Positions 48,275-57,768 of a stretch of DNA of 64,000 bases are shown here, piece after piece. Positions within the stretch are counted from its first letter, which is position 1. Each line of letters begins with the position of its first letter. Source of the stretch: an uncultured Enterobacteriaceae bacterium (lineage in GTDB: Bacteria; Myxococcota_A; UBA9042); NCBI GenBank assembly GCA_964586155.1, contig CAZPHC010000012.1, positions 78,275 through 142,274 on the forward strand, written 5' to 3'. Under the pieces are notes generated by a model. That model did no database searches. It had not been told where the DNA came from and saw nothing but the letters and a program-made list of their open reading frames with translations. A program made the translations under genes and the position numbers.

Positions 48275-48733
48275 ATGAGCCAGCCAGAATCGAGCCAACC
48301 AGGATCGAGCCCTCCAGAGTCGAGCGGCGCAGGCCCGCGCGAGCAAGCGACGCTCTACGAGCAACTTGGCGGCGACGCCGAGGTGCGCGCGCTCGTCGAC
48401 CGCTTCTACGACGCGATGGAGACGCTGCCGCAAGCGGCGACCATCCGCGCCATGCACCCGAACAACCTCAGCAGCTCGCGGCTCAAGCTCTACGAGTTCC
48501 TGTCGGGCTGGCTCGGCGGGCCGCAGCTCTACATCGAGAAGCGCGGCCATCCACGGCTGCGCGCGCGCCACATGCCCTTCGCCATCGGTGACGCCGAGGC
48601 CGCGGCGTGGATGCTCTGCATGGCCGACGCGCTCGACGGCCTGCCTAGCACGGTGTCGCCGATGCTGCGCGAGGTGCTCTGGTCGCAGCTCGGCCAGGTC
48701 GCGGCGTTCATGCGCAACCAGGGGCCGGCCTGA
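48275..48733 (+). CDS. glbO: Truncated haemoglobin, group II (trHbO-like)
   Basis: 152 aa. LYEQLGG ... VDRFYDAM ... MHP ... YEFLSGWLGGPQLY ... GHPRLRARHMPFAIG ... AWMLCMADAL matches the 2/2 haemoglobin fold. The listed ORF 47966.. is over-extended. Confidence 0.8.
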   Translation: MSQPESSQPGSSPPESSGAGPREQATLYEQLGGDAEVRALVDRFYDAMETLPQAATIRAMHPNNLSSSRLKLYEFLSGWLGGPQLYIEKRGHPRLRARHMPFAIGDAEAAAWMLCMADALDGLPSTVSPMLREVLWSQLGQVAAFMRNQGPA

Positions 48734-48772
48734 GCACGCGGCGTTCGCGTGCCCAGGCCACCCGGTCCGCCG

Positions 48773-50719
48773 CTACAGGCTGAAGATGTAGCTGTTGCCG
48801 GTCTTGATCTCGTACTTCACGATCGAGAACAGGTCGTGGGCGAAGTAGAGATCGTGCGGTGGCGACGGGTCGATCATCATGCCGCCAAAGCTCAGGTAGC
48901 CAGGGATCAGCGGCGTGCCGGTGTTGCCGCAAGCGCCCTGCATGCCGAGCGTCGGGTGCCAGCACGGCCAGGTCGTGCGGTCGCCGGTGGTCAGGTCGAC
49001 CGCGATCGCGCCCGACGCGCCCTTGACGCCGTAGGTCCACAGCACCTTGCGGTACGGATCCCAGCGCGACCAGCGATCGCCGAGCGCCTCGGCGTTGATC
49101 GGGCCGGCGCCGAGACCGCCGATGTCCTTGCCGTTGCTGATCAGCTTGCGGTTGCCGGTGGCGAGGTCGACCTCGATCAGCTTGGTGTCCGAGACGGCGT
49201 AGAGCTTGCTGCCGACGATCTCGAACGCGCGCATCTGGAACTGGATCTCGCTGTAGCCCGAGCCGACCGGATCTTTGATCGAGGTCGACTGGTTGGCGTC
49301 CGGCACGCGGGTGAGGAACTCGCACTTGCTGAAGTCCTTGGGGAACTTCGCGACGCCGCGGCCCGGCATGTTGATGTAGGCGAAGTAGAAGTTGTACTCG
49401 TCGTCCATCGCCCAGCCCTCGGGGATCATCTGCAGCACCTTCTTGCCGGGCAGGGTCGAGCCGTTGGGGCAGAGGGTGGACTGGTCGGCGGTCTCCTCGT
49501 CGAAGAGCAGCTCGCGGTCGCCGGTGGTCGGATCGATGCGGTAGACCTTCGGCGGCCCGATGTCGCTGATGGCGCCGACGCCGTAGATCTTGCCGTCCTT
49601 GCCGAGCTTCATGTCCATCAGCGTGATGAACTGCGGGCCCTTGCCGACCTCGGTGTAGCCGTTGGACGGGTCGTTGAAAGCGCCCGAGACGTGGCGGCGC
49701 TTGCCGGTCTTGATGTCGATGGCGAAGACCATCGTCTGGTACTTCTTGGTCGAGGTGCTCCAGCCGATCGCGACGAACCACTCGTTGCCGACCAGCACGC
49801 CGTTCCAGGCCTGCACGGTCGAGGCGAGATCGCGCATCCGCGGGCCCTCGCCGAAGCTGATCTTGGGCTCGAGGTTGTAGGGGCGCTTGCACATGTTCTC
49901 GAGCTTGCCGGCGCAGCGGCAGTCGATCGGGAAGTCACTGGGGTTGCTCCAGTACTGCACCAGCGGGCATTGCGCGCTGTCGTGGTACGGGCTCGACTTG
50001 TCGGTGATGTGGCTGACGCACTGCGCCGACGACTGGTTGCCGGTGTCGGTGAGCTCCTTGCAGCCCGGATTGTCGAGCTTCTTCTCGGCCAGGTAGTCGC
50101 AGGTGCTCTTGGTCACGTCGAAGCAGAAGCCCTGGCCGGTGCAGTCCTTCTTGGTGTACGCGCACATCGACTTGACGCCGGTGAGGTCGCCGCTGCAGAT
50201 GCCGCCCTTGTACTCCTGGTCGTCCGGGCAGAAGCAGTAGGCCTTGCCGTCGGTCCACTCCTTGCACGTCATCAGGTTGCCGCATTTGGGGCTGGCGAGG
50301 TTGCAGGTGGCGCCCATGTTGGCGGGCTTGGTCGTGCTGGCGTCGCCGGCGTCGGTCGTGGCGGTGTCGGTGCTGGCGGTGTCGGTGCTGGCGGTGTCGG
50401 TGCTGGCGGTGTCGCCCGCCGTCGCCGTGTCGCCGACGGTGGCGGTGTCGTCGGTCGCCGCCGTATCACCGGCCGTCGCCGTGTCGCCGACGGTGGCGGT
50501 GTCGTCGGTCGTCGCCGCATCACCGGCCGTCGCGGTGTCGTCTACAGCCGTGTCGGCCGAGCCTGCGCCGTCGGCTGCGTCTTGGGCCGAGGCGTCGGAG
50601 GTCGTGGCGCTGTCGGCGGTCGACGTGCCGTCGCCCTCGTCGCTGCCACAGGCCGCCATCCAGGGGCCGACGAGCAAGGCCACTGCCAGCAAGCGTCGCG
50701 ATGTCTTCCAGTTCCTCAT
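48773..50719 (-). CDS. Lipoprotein (648 aa) paralogous to the C-terminal module of 26731..29931, with D/T/A-rich linker
   Basis: ATG with GGAGA 8 nt upstream. Lipobox MAAC. Nucleotide-level tandem repeats in the linker. Shared ordered motifs with the paralogue (DCRCAGK, SFGEGPR, IEVDLATGNRK, YIFSL). Confidence 0.7.
   Translation of the reverse strand: MRNWKTSRRLLAVALLVGPWMAACGSDEGDGTSTADSATTSDASAQDAADGAGSADTAVDDTATAGDAATTDDTATVGDTATAGDTAATDDTATVGDTATAGDTASTDTASTDTASTDTATTDAGDASTTKPANMGATCNLASPKCGNLMTCKEWTDGKAYCFCPDDQEYKGGICSGDLTGVKSMCAYTKKDCTGQGFCFDVTKSTCDYLAEKKLDNPGCKELTDTGNQSSAQCVSHITDKSSPYHDSAQCPLVQYWSNPSDFPIDCRCAGKLENMCKRPYNLEPKISFGEGPRMRDLASTVQAWNGVLVGNEWFVAIGWSTSTKKYQTMVFAIDIKTGKRRHVSGAFNDPSNGYTEVGKGPQFITLMDMKLGKDGKIYGVGAISDIGPPKVYRIDPTTGDRELLFDEETADQSTLCPNGSTLPGKKVLQMIPEGWAMDDEYNFYFAYINMPGRGVAKFPKDFSKCEFLTRVPDANQSTSIKDPVGSGYSEIQFQMRAFEIVGSKLYAVSDTKLIEVDLATGNRKLISNGKDIGGLGAGPINAEALGDRWSRWDPYRKVLWTYGVKGASGAIAVDLTTGDRTTWPCWHPTLGMQGACGNTGTPLIPGYLSFGGMMIDPSPPHDLYFAHDLFSIVKYEIKTGNSYIFSL
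50340..50560 (-). repeat. Nested tandem repeats (15-bp x3 and about 48-bp x2) encoding the D/T/A-rich linker of lipoprotein 48773..50719
   Basis: Seen directly in the sequence. Confidence 0.75.
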
Positions 50720-50997
50720 CCAGGGTCTCCAATCGTGCCGCGCGTCGCGGGCGGGGTGCCCGGGAGGGTGCGCAGCGGTAGGTCCAGCCGGGGGGCCACA
50801 ATCCGGGCCGTGTCGGTACCATAGCAGCGCCCCGGCGAGAAGATGTCTTACGGCCATCTAACCTCGGCCCTGCTGCGATCGACCGCGCCGTGCGGGGGCG
50901 GCGGGCCGGGGCGAGCCGCGTGCAGCGATCGTGCCCAGGGAATGGACATCCAGCGGCAGGAGTTGCCACCATCCACCTGTCGGCGGCAAGGAGCCCC

Positions 50998-51705
50998 ATG
51001 ACCCAGCACCCGCCCCCACCAGCCGCTCGCAACGCCCCTTCGCGTTCGCCGCGTTGGCTTTGGGCGCTGCTGGCGGCGACGATGCTCGGCACGCTCGCCA
51101 CCGTGCTGGCGCTCGGCTGGGGCGGCCCCGACGTCGCGAACATGGACGTCGCGGGCGTCGACGATGAGGCCGAGGACACCGGCCCCGCCAGCGACCTGGC
51201 CCCGGGGCAGCGCGGCGGGCTCGGCCTCGGCGGACGCCGTCGCATCGGCAGCGCCAGCGCTTCGGGCCGCGACGGCGACCGCGATCGCTGGGTCACGCGC
51301 GAGCAGGTCGCCAGCCACGAACACAGCGACGAGGCCGACGCCCCGGCGCTGCGCCTGCCTGGCCAGCTGCCGCCGCTGCGCGACCCGGCCCGCGAGGCCG
51401 CCGCCCGCGCCGAGCGCGCCCTGCAACGCGACATCGAGCGGGCGCGGGACGAGGCGATCGCCATCGGCAACCAGATGGCGACCGACCTGGAGCAGTTCGT
51501 CGCCGAGATCCAGGCCCTGCCGCGCGCCGAGCAGCGCATCCACGCCCGCAACGTCCACGCCCACTTCGACTGGCAGAGCGCCGATCGACTCGCCGTGCTG
51601 CGGGCGAAGCTGCCCGAGGACGAGCGCAACGCGCTGCAGGTCGTGACGTACAAGCGCATCGAGCCGCTGATCTGGCGCCTGGACGCCCTGGCCGCCGAAG
51701 ACTGA
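50998..51705 (+). CDS. Hypothetical membrane-anchored protein with charged alpha-helical C-terminal region
   Basis: Internal ATG with AGGAG RBS. One N-terminal TM helix (WLWALLAATMLGTLATVLALGW). Confidence 0.45.
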   Translation: MTQHPPPPAARNAPSRSPRWLWALLAATMLGTLATVLALGWGGPDVANMDVAGVDDEAEDTGPASDLAPGQRGGLGLGGRRRIGSASASGRDGDRDRWVTREQVASHEHSDEADAPALRLPGQLPPLRDPAREAAARAERALQRDIERARDEAIAIGNQMATDLEQFVAEIQALPRAEQRIHARNVHAHFDWQSADRLAVLRAKLPEDERNALQVVTYKRIEPLIWRLDALAAED

Positions 51706-51789
51706 GCCGGGCCGGACTTCTGGACAGGCCCCGACGCCGGGGCAGACTCGGGTCGAGCCCGGCGTGTTTGCCGGCGAGGTCGACCCCGG

Positions 51790-53205
51790 ATGCGCAGACC
51801 GCCGCCATGTGCCAAGACCGCCTGGACCACCGTCCTCGGCTGCCTGGTGGCCAGCGCCCTCCTCGGCGGCGAGGCCACAGCGGCGACCGGAGCGCGCCGT
51901 CATGGCCAGGCGAGCGCGTCGATCCGGGCCGATCGACCGACGACCCTGACGTTGGCGACGGCTTCGGGCGTCGGCTTCGAGCAGATCGGCGGCGACCTCT
52001 GCGCGACCTGGACGCCGCAGCTCGAGCTGCGTGGCGAGGGGCTGGAGCTGGTGCTGGGCCCGGCGCTGCGCATGGTGGCGTCGTCATCGCGCGGCGACTA
52101 CGGCCTGCGCGACCGCGACTGGGACGAGCGCAGCGAGTGGCTGCGGCCGCTGCGGCGCCTGCACCTGCGCAGCGCGGGCGGCGGTGCCACGCTCGACGTG
52201 ACCGGCGACCTGGGCCTGACCCTGGGCCACGGCGCCCTGGTCGACGGCGCGCGCGCCGGCCTGCTGCCCGACAGCTACCGCGCCGCCTTGCACACGCGGC
52301 TGGTCGCCGGGCCGCTGCAGCTCGAGGTCTACGGCGACGACGTGACGCGCTTTGGCGTCTTCGCCACCCGCCTGGGCGTGCAGCCGCTGGGCGACCGACA
52401 CGGCGCGCCACGCAGCGGCCTGGGCTCGTGGACGATCGCGCTCGAGGCCGTCGCCGACCGCGACGCGCCGGTCGCGATCCTCGACGCTGCCGGCTCCCAG
52501 GTCAGCGTGCGCGGCGCGCCCCGGGTCGCGGGCCTCGTCGAGTCGAGCTGGACGCTGCTCGCCGGGCCGCGGCTGGGGCTGCGCGGCTTCGTCGGCGCCG
52601 GCGTGGTCAGCCACGATCAGCGCGACGGCTGGGGCCTCGACGGCGGCGTCGCGCTGGCGCTGCGCGAGGCGGCCGGGCCGCGTCAGCTGCTGTCGCTGCT
52701 GGTGGCCCCGGTCTTCGGCGCAGGCGTGTGGTTGCCGGGCGGCGTCGACGCCGGCTACCAACTCGAGCGCGCCGACCTGCGCGGCGAACCCCTGTCGGCG
52801 CGCCTGGCGCGGGTCGCCGCCGCAGGTGGCGTCGGCGCCGGCGTGCGGGCCTCGGCGCAGTGGACCCCGCTGGCGACGCTGCAATTGCGGGCCGAGGCGC
52901 GGCTGTTGCCGCGATCGCTCGCGGGGGCAGACGCCGGCGATCTCGACGCCTGGTCGGTCGCGGCGCGCTGGCAGGACGGCGACTGGGCCGCCAACGCCGG
53001 CTGGATGCGGCGCCCCGGCGCGCTGCACCTCGTCGCCATCGGCGGCGGCGCTCGCCTGCTGCCCTGGCTGCGCGGCGATCTGCGCGTCGAGCGGGCGATG
53101 CACCAAGGCAGCGGCACGGCGATGCAGCCGCGTTGGGATGTCGGGCTGACCCTGACGGCGAGCCTGCCGTCGCCGACGCCCTCCGCGGGAGCACACGATG
53201 GCTGA
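51790..53205 (+). CDS. Hypothetical secreted protein (471 aa), possibly an outer-membrane protein
   Basis: Signal peptide. Gly/Ala/Leu/Arg-rich. Overlaps the downstream OPT transporter gene by 8 nt. Confidence 0.45.
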   Translation: MRRPPPCAKTAWTTVLGCLVASALLGGEATAATGARRHGQASASIRADRPTTLTLATASGVGFEQIGGDLCATWTPQLELRGEGLELVLGPALRMVASSSRGDYGLRDRDWDERSEWLRPLRRLHLRSAGGGATLDVTGDLGLTLGHGALVDGARAGLLPDSYRAALHTRLVAGPLQLEVYGDDVTRFGVFATRLGVQPLGDRHGAPRSGLGSWTIALEAVADRDAPVAILDAAGSQVSVRGAPRVAGLVESSWTLLAGPRLGLRGFVGAGVVSHDQRDGWGLDGGVALALREAAGPRQLLSLLVAPVFGAGVWLPGGVDAGYQLERADLRGEPLSARLARVAAAGGVGAGVRASAQWTPLATLQLRAEARLLPRSLAGADAGDLDAWSVAARWQDGDWAANAGWMRRPGALHLVAIGGGARLLPWLRGDLRVERAMHQGSGTAMQPRWDVGLTLTASLPSPTPSAGAHDG

Positions 53206-55093
53206 GTCGAACGCGAGCGCGATCCCGCAGGACGCCGACGCGCGCGAGCTGCATTGGGTCGAGCACATCTACCGGCGCAACGAGCGCCAGCTGACGGTGC
53301 GTGCCACGATCGCGGGCATGGTCATCGGCGGCGTGATGTGCCTGTCGAACCTCTACGTCTTCTTCAAGACCGGCTGGTCGCTCGGCGTGACGCTGACGGC
53401 CTGCATCCTCGCGTTCGGCCTGTTCTCGCTGCTGCAGAGCGTCGGCCTGTCGCGCAGCCCGTTCACGATCTTGGAGAACAACGCCATGGGTTCGGTGGCG
53501 TCGGCCGCGGGCTACATGACCGGCGGCGGCAACATGGCCGCCTTCGGCGCGCTGCTGATGGTCACGACGATGCGGCCCGAGCCGCTGCCGCTGATGCTGT
53601 GGTTCGGCGCGATCGCCGCGCTCGGCGTGTTCGCCGCCGTGCCGCTCAAGCGGCAGCTGATCAACCGCGAGCAGCTGGCCTTCCCGACCGGCCTGGCGAC
53701 GGCGGCGACGCTGCGCACGTTGCATCCGGCGCACGAGCACGCAGAGGGCAGCGCCGACGCGGCCGCGGCCGCAAGCGCCGGCAGCGACGCCGGCAAGCGC
53801 CAGGCCCGGCTGCTCGGCCTCGGCGCGGGTGTCGCGGGCGCCCTGACCGTGCTGCGCGACGTGCACGCGAGCTGGATGCCGCTGCGGCTGCCCTCGAGCG
53901 TCGCGCTGCCGGGCACGCTGGCCGGGCGGCCGCTGGCGGATTGGACGCTCTCGCTCAAGACCGAGCTGGTGCTGGTCGGGGCCGGCGCGCTGATGAGCTT
54001 CCGCACGGCGTGGTCGATGATGCTGGCGGCGATCGGCACCTTCGTCTTCCTGGCGCCGGCGCTGGCGGCGCGCGGCGACATCGCGGTCGTCAGCTACAAG
54101 GCGATCGTCGGCTGGACGCTCTGGCCGGGCGCGGCGCTGCTGGTGGCGTCGGGCCTGACGGCGCTGGTCCTCGACGGCAAGGCCGTGCTGCGCGCGTTCT
54201 CGGGCTTGTCGCGGATCTTGCGCGGCGGCGGCGCGGCCGAGGACGATCCGGTCGCCGCGGTCGAGTGCCCGGATTGGTGGTTCCCGGCCGGCTTCTTGCT
54301 GCTCGGGCCGCTGGTCGTCTGGCTGATGTCGTCGCTCTTCGCCATCCCGATCTGGGCCGGCGCGCTCGCCGTGCCGCTGGCGGTGCTGATGGGCTTTGTC
54401 GCCGCGCGCGTCACCGGCGAGACCGACATCACGCCGACCAAGGCGCTCGGGCCGCTGACGCAGCTGTTCTACGGCGCCATCACGCCGGGCAACCTCGCCG
54501 GCAACATCATGAGCGCCAACGTCACCGGCGGCGTCGGCCTGCATGCCGCCGACCTGCTGACCGACCTCAAGAGCGGCTACGTGCTCGGCGCCGACCCGCG
54601 CCAGCAGCTCAAGGCCCAGCTCTTTGGCGTCGTCGCCGGCGCGCTGGTCGTGGTGCCCGCGTTCTTCGTGCTGTTCCCGGACCCGCAGGTGCTCGGCAGC
54701 GACGCCTGGCCGGCGCCCTCGTGCCTGGTCTGGGCCGGCGTGTCCAAGACCTTCGCCGGCGGCTCGGCGAGCCTGAGCGCGGCGCAGCAGCAGGCCTCGG
54801 CGATCGCGGCCCTGCTCGGCGTGGCGCTGGCCCTGCTCGAGCGGCTGGCGCCGGCGTCGGTGCGCCGGGTGCTGCCCTCGCCGGCGGGCCTCGGCATCGC
54901 GATGGTGATCCCCGCGGGCAGCGCGTTCGCGATGTTCGTCGGCGCGAGCGTGGCCGAGATCGTGCGCCGCCGCCGACCGGCCGCCGTCGACAGCGTCGTC
55001 GTGCCGCTCTCGTCGGGCGTCATCGCGGGCGAGAGCATCGTCGGCATCGGGATCGCGATGCTGATCGTGGCCGGCGTGCTCGACAAGGGCTGA
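53198..55093 (+). CDS. OPT family oligopeptide transporter
   Basis: 631 aa with about 15 TM helices. OPT-family motifs (NLYVFFKTGWSLG, ITPTKALGP). GGGAG RBS. Confidence 0.8.
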   Translation: MAESNASAIPQDADARELHWVEHIYRRNERQLTVRATIAGMVIGGVMCLSNLYVFFKTGWSLGVTLTACILAFGLFSLLQSVGLSRSPFTILENNAMGSVASAAGYMTGGGNMAAFGALLMVTTMRPEPLPLMLWFGAIAALGVFAAVPLKRQLINREQLAFPTGLATAATLRTLHPAHEHAEGSADAAAAASAGSDAGKRQARLLGLGAGVAGALTVLRDVHASWMPLRLPSSVALPGTLAGRPLADWTLSLKTELVLVGAGALMSFRTAWSMMLAAIGTFVFLAPALAARGDIAVVSYKAIVGWTLWPGAALLVASGLTALVLDGKAVLRAFSGLSRILRGGGAAEDDPVAAVECPDWWFPAGFLLLGPLVVWLMSSLFAIPIWAGALAVPLAVLMGFVAARVTGETDITPTKALGPLTQLFYGAITPGNLAGNIMSANVTGGVGLHAADLLTDLKSGYVLGADPRQQLKAQLFGVVAGALVVVPAFFVLFPDPQVLGSDAWPAPSCLVWAGVSKTFAGGSASLSAAQQQASAIAALLGVALALLERLAPASVRRVLPSPAGLGIAMVIPAGSAFAMFVGASVAEIVRRRRPAAVDSVVVPLSSGVIAGESIVGIGIAMLIVAGVLDKG

Positions 55094-55370
55094 GCGCCCG
55101 CGTTTTTTGCCATGATTCCAGACGCCACGATCGACAGATGGCGCCGCCGGCACGATCGCCGCGAATCGCCGCGCACGACGGCGCGTTGCGTCATAAGCGC
55201 GGCGCGAGAAGCGCGCAGCGCCTTGATCGCTGCGAGGATTTATGCCATGACGCGGCGCTCCGCAGCCCACGCCTGACCGGCGGGGCGCGGCTCGAATTCA
55301 GGCAGGTCTCGGCGGCACTGCCGCGACATCCCACGGGCCGGGCGAACGCCGGTCCGCGTGGAGGCTCCAG

Positions 55371-57713
55371 ATGGCTGCGAACCCCGTGTGCTTCCTTCGC
55401 TCCGTCCTCTCGCGTGGCCTCGGCCGCCGCGTCGTCGCGCTCGGCGCCGCGCTCGTCGTGCTGGTCGCCGCGCTGCCGGTCTGGGCGGCGCAGGCGCTGC
55501 TCTACGTCGTGCTGCCGGTCGACATGGCCGGCATCGTCGTCGAGACGATCGTGCCGATCGAGGAGCCGGGCCTCGCCGACTCGGGCATGTCGAGCCGGCC
55601 CAAGCGCGCCTTCGACGCGCTCAAGGCGCGTGGTGGCAAGGCCTACGGCCAGAGCCAGCTGACGATCGAGTCGGCGACCAAGGCGACGCTGGTCATCGAT
55701 CAGAGCGCCGACGCCGACCGCGTGCTCGCCGAGGTCTTCTGGACCATGGCGGCCATGGGCATCTCGGAGCTCAACGCCGCGCCGACGATCCAGGGCCCGG
55801 TCACGCTCGACCACCTCGCCTACGGCGCCCACGTGCAGATGCTGACGATCTTCGACCTGCTCGCCTTCGATCGCCTCGACGCGGTCCCGGCGCGCGGCTT
55901 CGTCGCGCTCGGTGGCAAGCCGATGCCGGCGCAAGAGGCGGCCAAGGCCCTGGCCCGCGGCGACGCGCTGGTCAAGACGCCGGTGCTCGCAGCCCTGACG
56001 GCCAAGAGCCGCCGCGCCAAGATGCTGGTGATCGAGGGCGTCGCCCGCGCCGGCGTGCGCGCGACCTACAAGCTCAAGGCCGACGATCTGGTGCCCGCGC
56101 TCGAAGACAGCGACCCGCAGGTGCGCGGCGCGGCGATGGACGCGGCGATCCAGGCCGGCGTCAAGGGCAGCAAGGGCGTCATCGCGGCGCTCGAGAAGCT
56201 CGTCGAGTCCGACGCCGACACCGACCAGAAGCTGCGCGCGGTCAAGGCGCTGTCGGCCGCTGGCGTCAGCCGCTTCGACGACCTGCTCGAGGCCGAGAAG
56301 ATCCGCTCGGGCAGCGCCGCCGAGGCCGCCGCTGCGGTGCGCAAGCTCTCGGCGTCCAAGCAGGTCGCCGTGGCCGCCCCGGCGCTGGTCTCGGCGCTGG
56401 CCCACACCGACGACGGCGTCAAGGACGCCGCCTTCGACGGCCTGGTCAAGCTCGAGCAATGGGACCTGCTGTACAAGGCGTTCCAGAGCGACGTCAGCGA
56501 CAAGATGCGCGAGCGCATCGCCAAGGTCCTGATCGAGAAGGGCAGCGACGGCGCGCGCGACGAGTGCCTCGAGTGGCTGCTGACCAAGGGCAGCCCGGCC
56601 GGCGCCATCCTCGCCGCCGAGACCTACGGCAAGCGCGGCAGCAAGTCGGCGACGCCGCTGCTGATCAAGGCGCTCGACCACGAGTCGGCGCAGGTCCGCG
56701 AGGCCGCGGCCAAGGCGCTGGGCATGCTCAAGGACGAGCGCGCGATCGTGCCGCTGGCCGATGCCGCCGAGAAGCGCCGTCGCGACGAGGAGTTCATGAT
56801 GTCGGCCGCGGTCGAGATCATGAAGACGCTGACGCTGGAGCAGGTCAAGCGCCTGGTCGGCAGCAAGAACAAGATCGTGCGCCAGATGGCGATCCGCTCG
56901 CTCAGCGACTTCGCCAAGGGTGGCCGGCCGCGTCCCGACGTCGTCGCGCTGCTGATGGACTCGCTCAAGGACCCGGAGGCCGAGATCAAGCGCTCGGCGG
57001 CCTACGCCCTGGCCCGCATCGAGGACGACGGCATCGCCCGCGACCTCGCCGCGCTCAAGGACGACCCGGATGCCGACGTCCGCCTGCAGGTCGCCTACGC
57101 CCTCGGCCACGCCAGCAGCAAGTACACCGAGGCCGGCCCGCTGCTGGTCGAGATGATGAAGGACCGCGAGAAGTCGGTCCGCGTCGCCGCGATCGACGGC
57201 ATCGCCCTGCGCAAGGAGGCCTCGGCCTTCCAGCAGCTGGTGCGCCTGGTGCAGTACCCCGATCCGGACATCAAGCGCGCTGTCTTCGGCGCCCTGCTCG
57301 CGCTGCGCAACGCCGAGAACGCCGACCTGGTGCGTCCGCTGTTCCGCAAGGGCCTCGAGTTCCGCGACTCGAACGTGCGCTCGGTCTGCATCGACGCGCT
57401 GGCCGAGGCCACGACCAAGGACGACTTCGAGGCGCTGCGCCAGGCCGCCTTCGACCCGTCGGCCGACGTCAAGCGCAAGGCGATCGGCGTGATCGCGGCC
57501 TCGAAGCTGCCCGAGGGCATGGAGGTGCTCGCGCTCTTCTTCGGCGACGCCGACAACGGCGTGCGCGAAGCGGCGCTCGATGGCCTGGCCACCATCCCGG
57601 CCGACGGCCCGTGGGCGGCCAAGAAGAAGCGCTACCTCAACGACTTCATCGGCACGCCGAACATGCCCGAGCCGCTGGTGACCAAGGCCAAGGGCCTGCT
57701 CAAGAAGGCGTAG
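55371..57713 (+). CDS. HEAT/PBS-lyase repeat protein with N-terminal membrane anchor
   Basis: 780 aa. GGAGG RBS. At least 12 HEAT-like repeats (DxDxxVRxxAxxALGxxG pattern). Confidence 0.7.
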   Translation: MAANPVCFLRSVLSRGLGRRVVALGAALVVLVAALPVWAAQALLYVVLPVDMAGIVVETIVPIEEPGLADSGMSSRPKRAFDALKARGGKAYGQSQLTIESATKATLVIDQSADADRVLAEVFWTMAAMGISELNAAPTIQGPVTLDHLAYGAHVQMLTIFDLLAFDRLDAVPARGFVALGGKPMPAQEAAKALARGDALVKTPVLAALTAKSRRAKMLVIEGVARAGVRATYKLKADDLVPALEDSDPQVRGAAMDAAIQAGVKGSKGVIAALEKLVESDADTDQKLRAVKALSAAGVSRFDDLLEAEKIRSGSAAEAAAAVRKLSASKQVAVAAPALVSALAHTDDGVKDAAFDGLVKLEQWDLLYKAFQSDVSDKMRERIAKVLIEKGSDGARDECLEWLLTKGSPAGAILAAETYGKRGSKSATPLLIKALDHESAQVREAAAKALGMLKDERAIVPLADAAEKRRRDEEFMMSAAVEIMKTLTLEQVKRLVGSKNKIVRQMAIRSLSDFAKGGRPRPDVVALLMDSLKDPEAEIKRSAAYALARIEDDGIARDLAALKDDPDADVRLQVAYALGHASSKYTEAGPLLVEMMKDREKSVRVAAIDGIALRKEASAFQQLVRLVQYPDPDIKRAVFGALLALRNAENADLVRPLFRKGLEFRDSNVRSVCIDALAEATTKDDFEALRQAAFDPSADVKRKAIGVIAASKLPEGMEVLALFFGDADNGVREAALDGLATIPADGPWAAKKKRYLNDFIGTPNMPEPLVTKAKGLLKKA

Positions 57714-57768
57714 CGCCGCAGCAGGCCGTCCTGGCCGCCCTGGCCGCCCTGGCCGCCGGACCGCCCCC

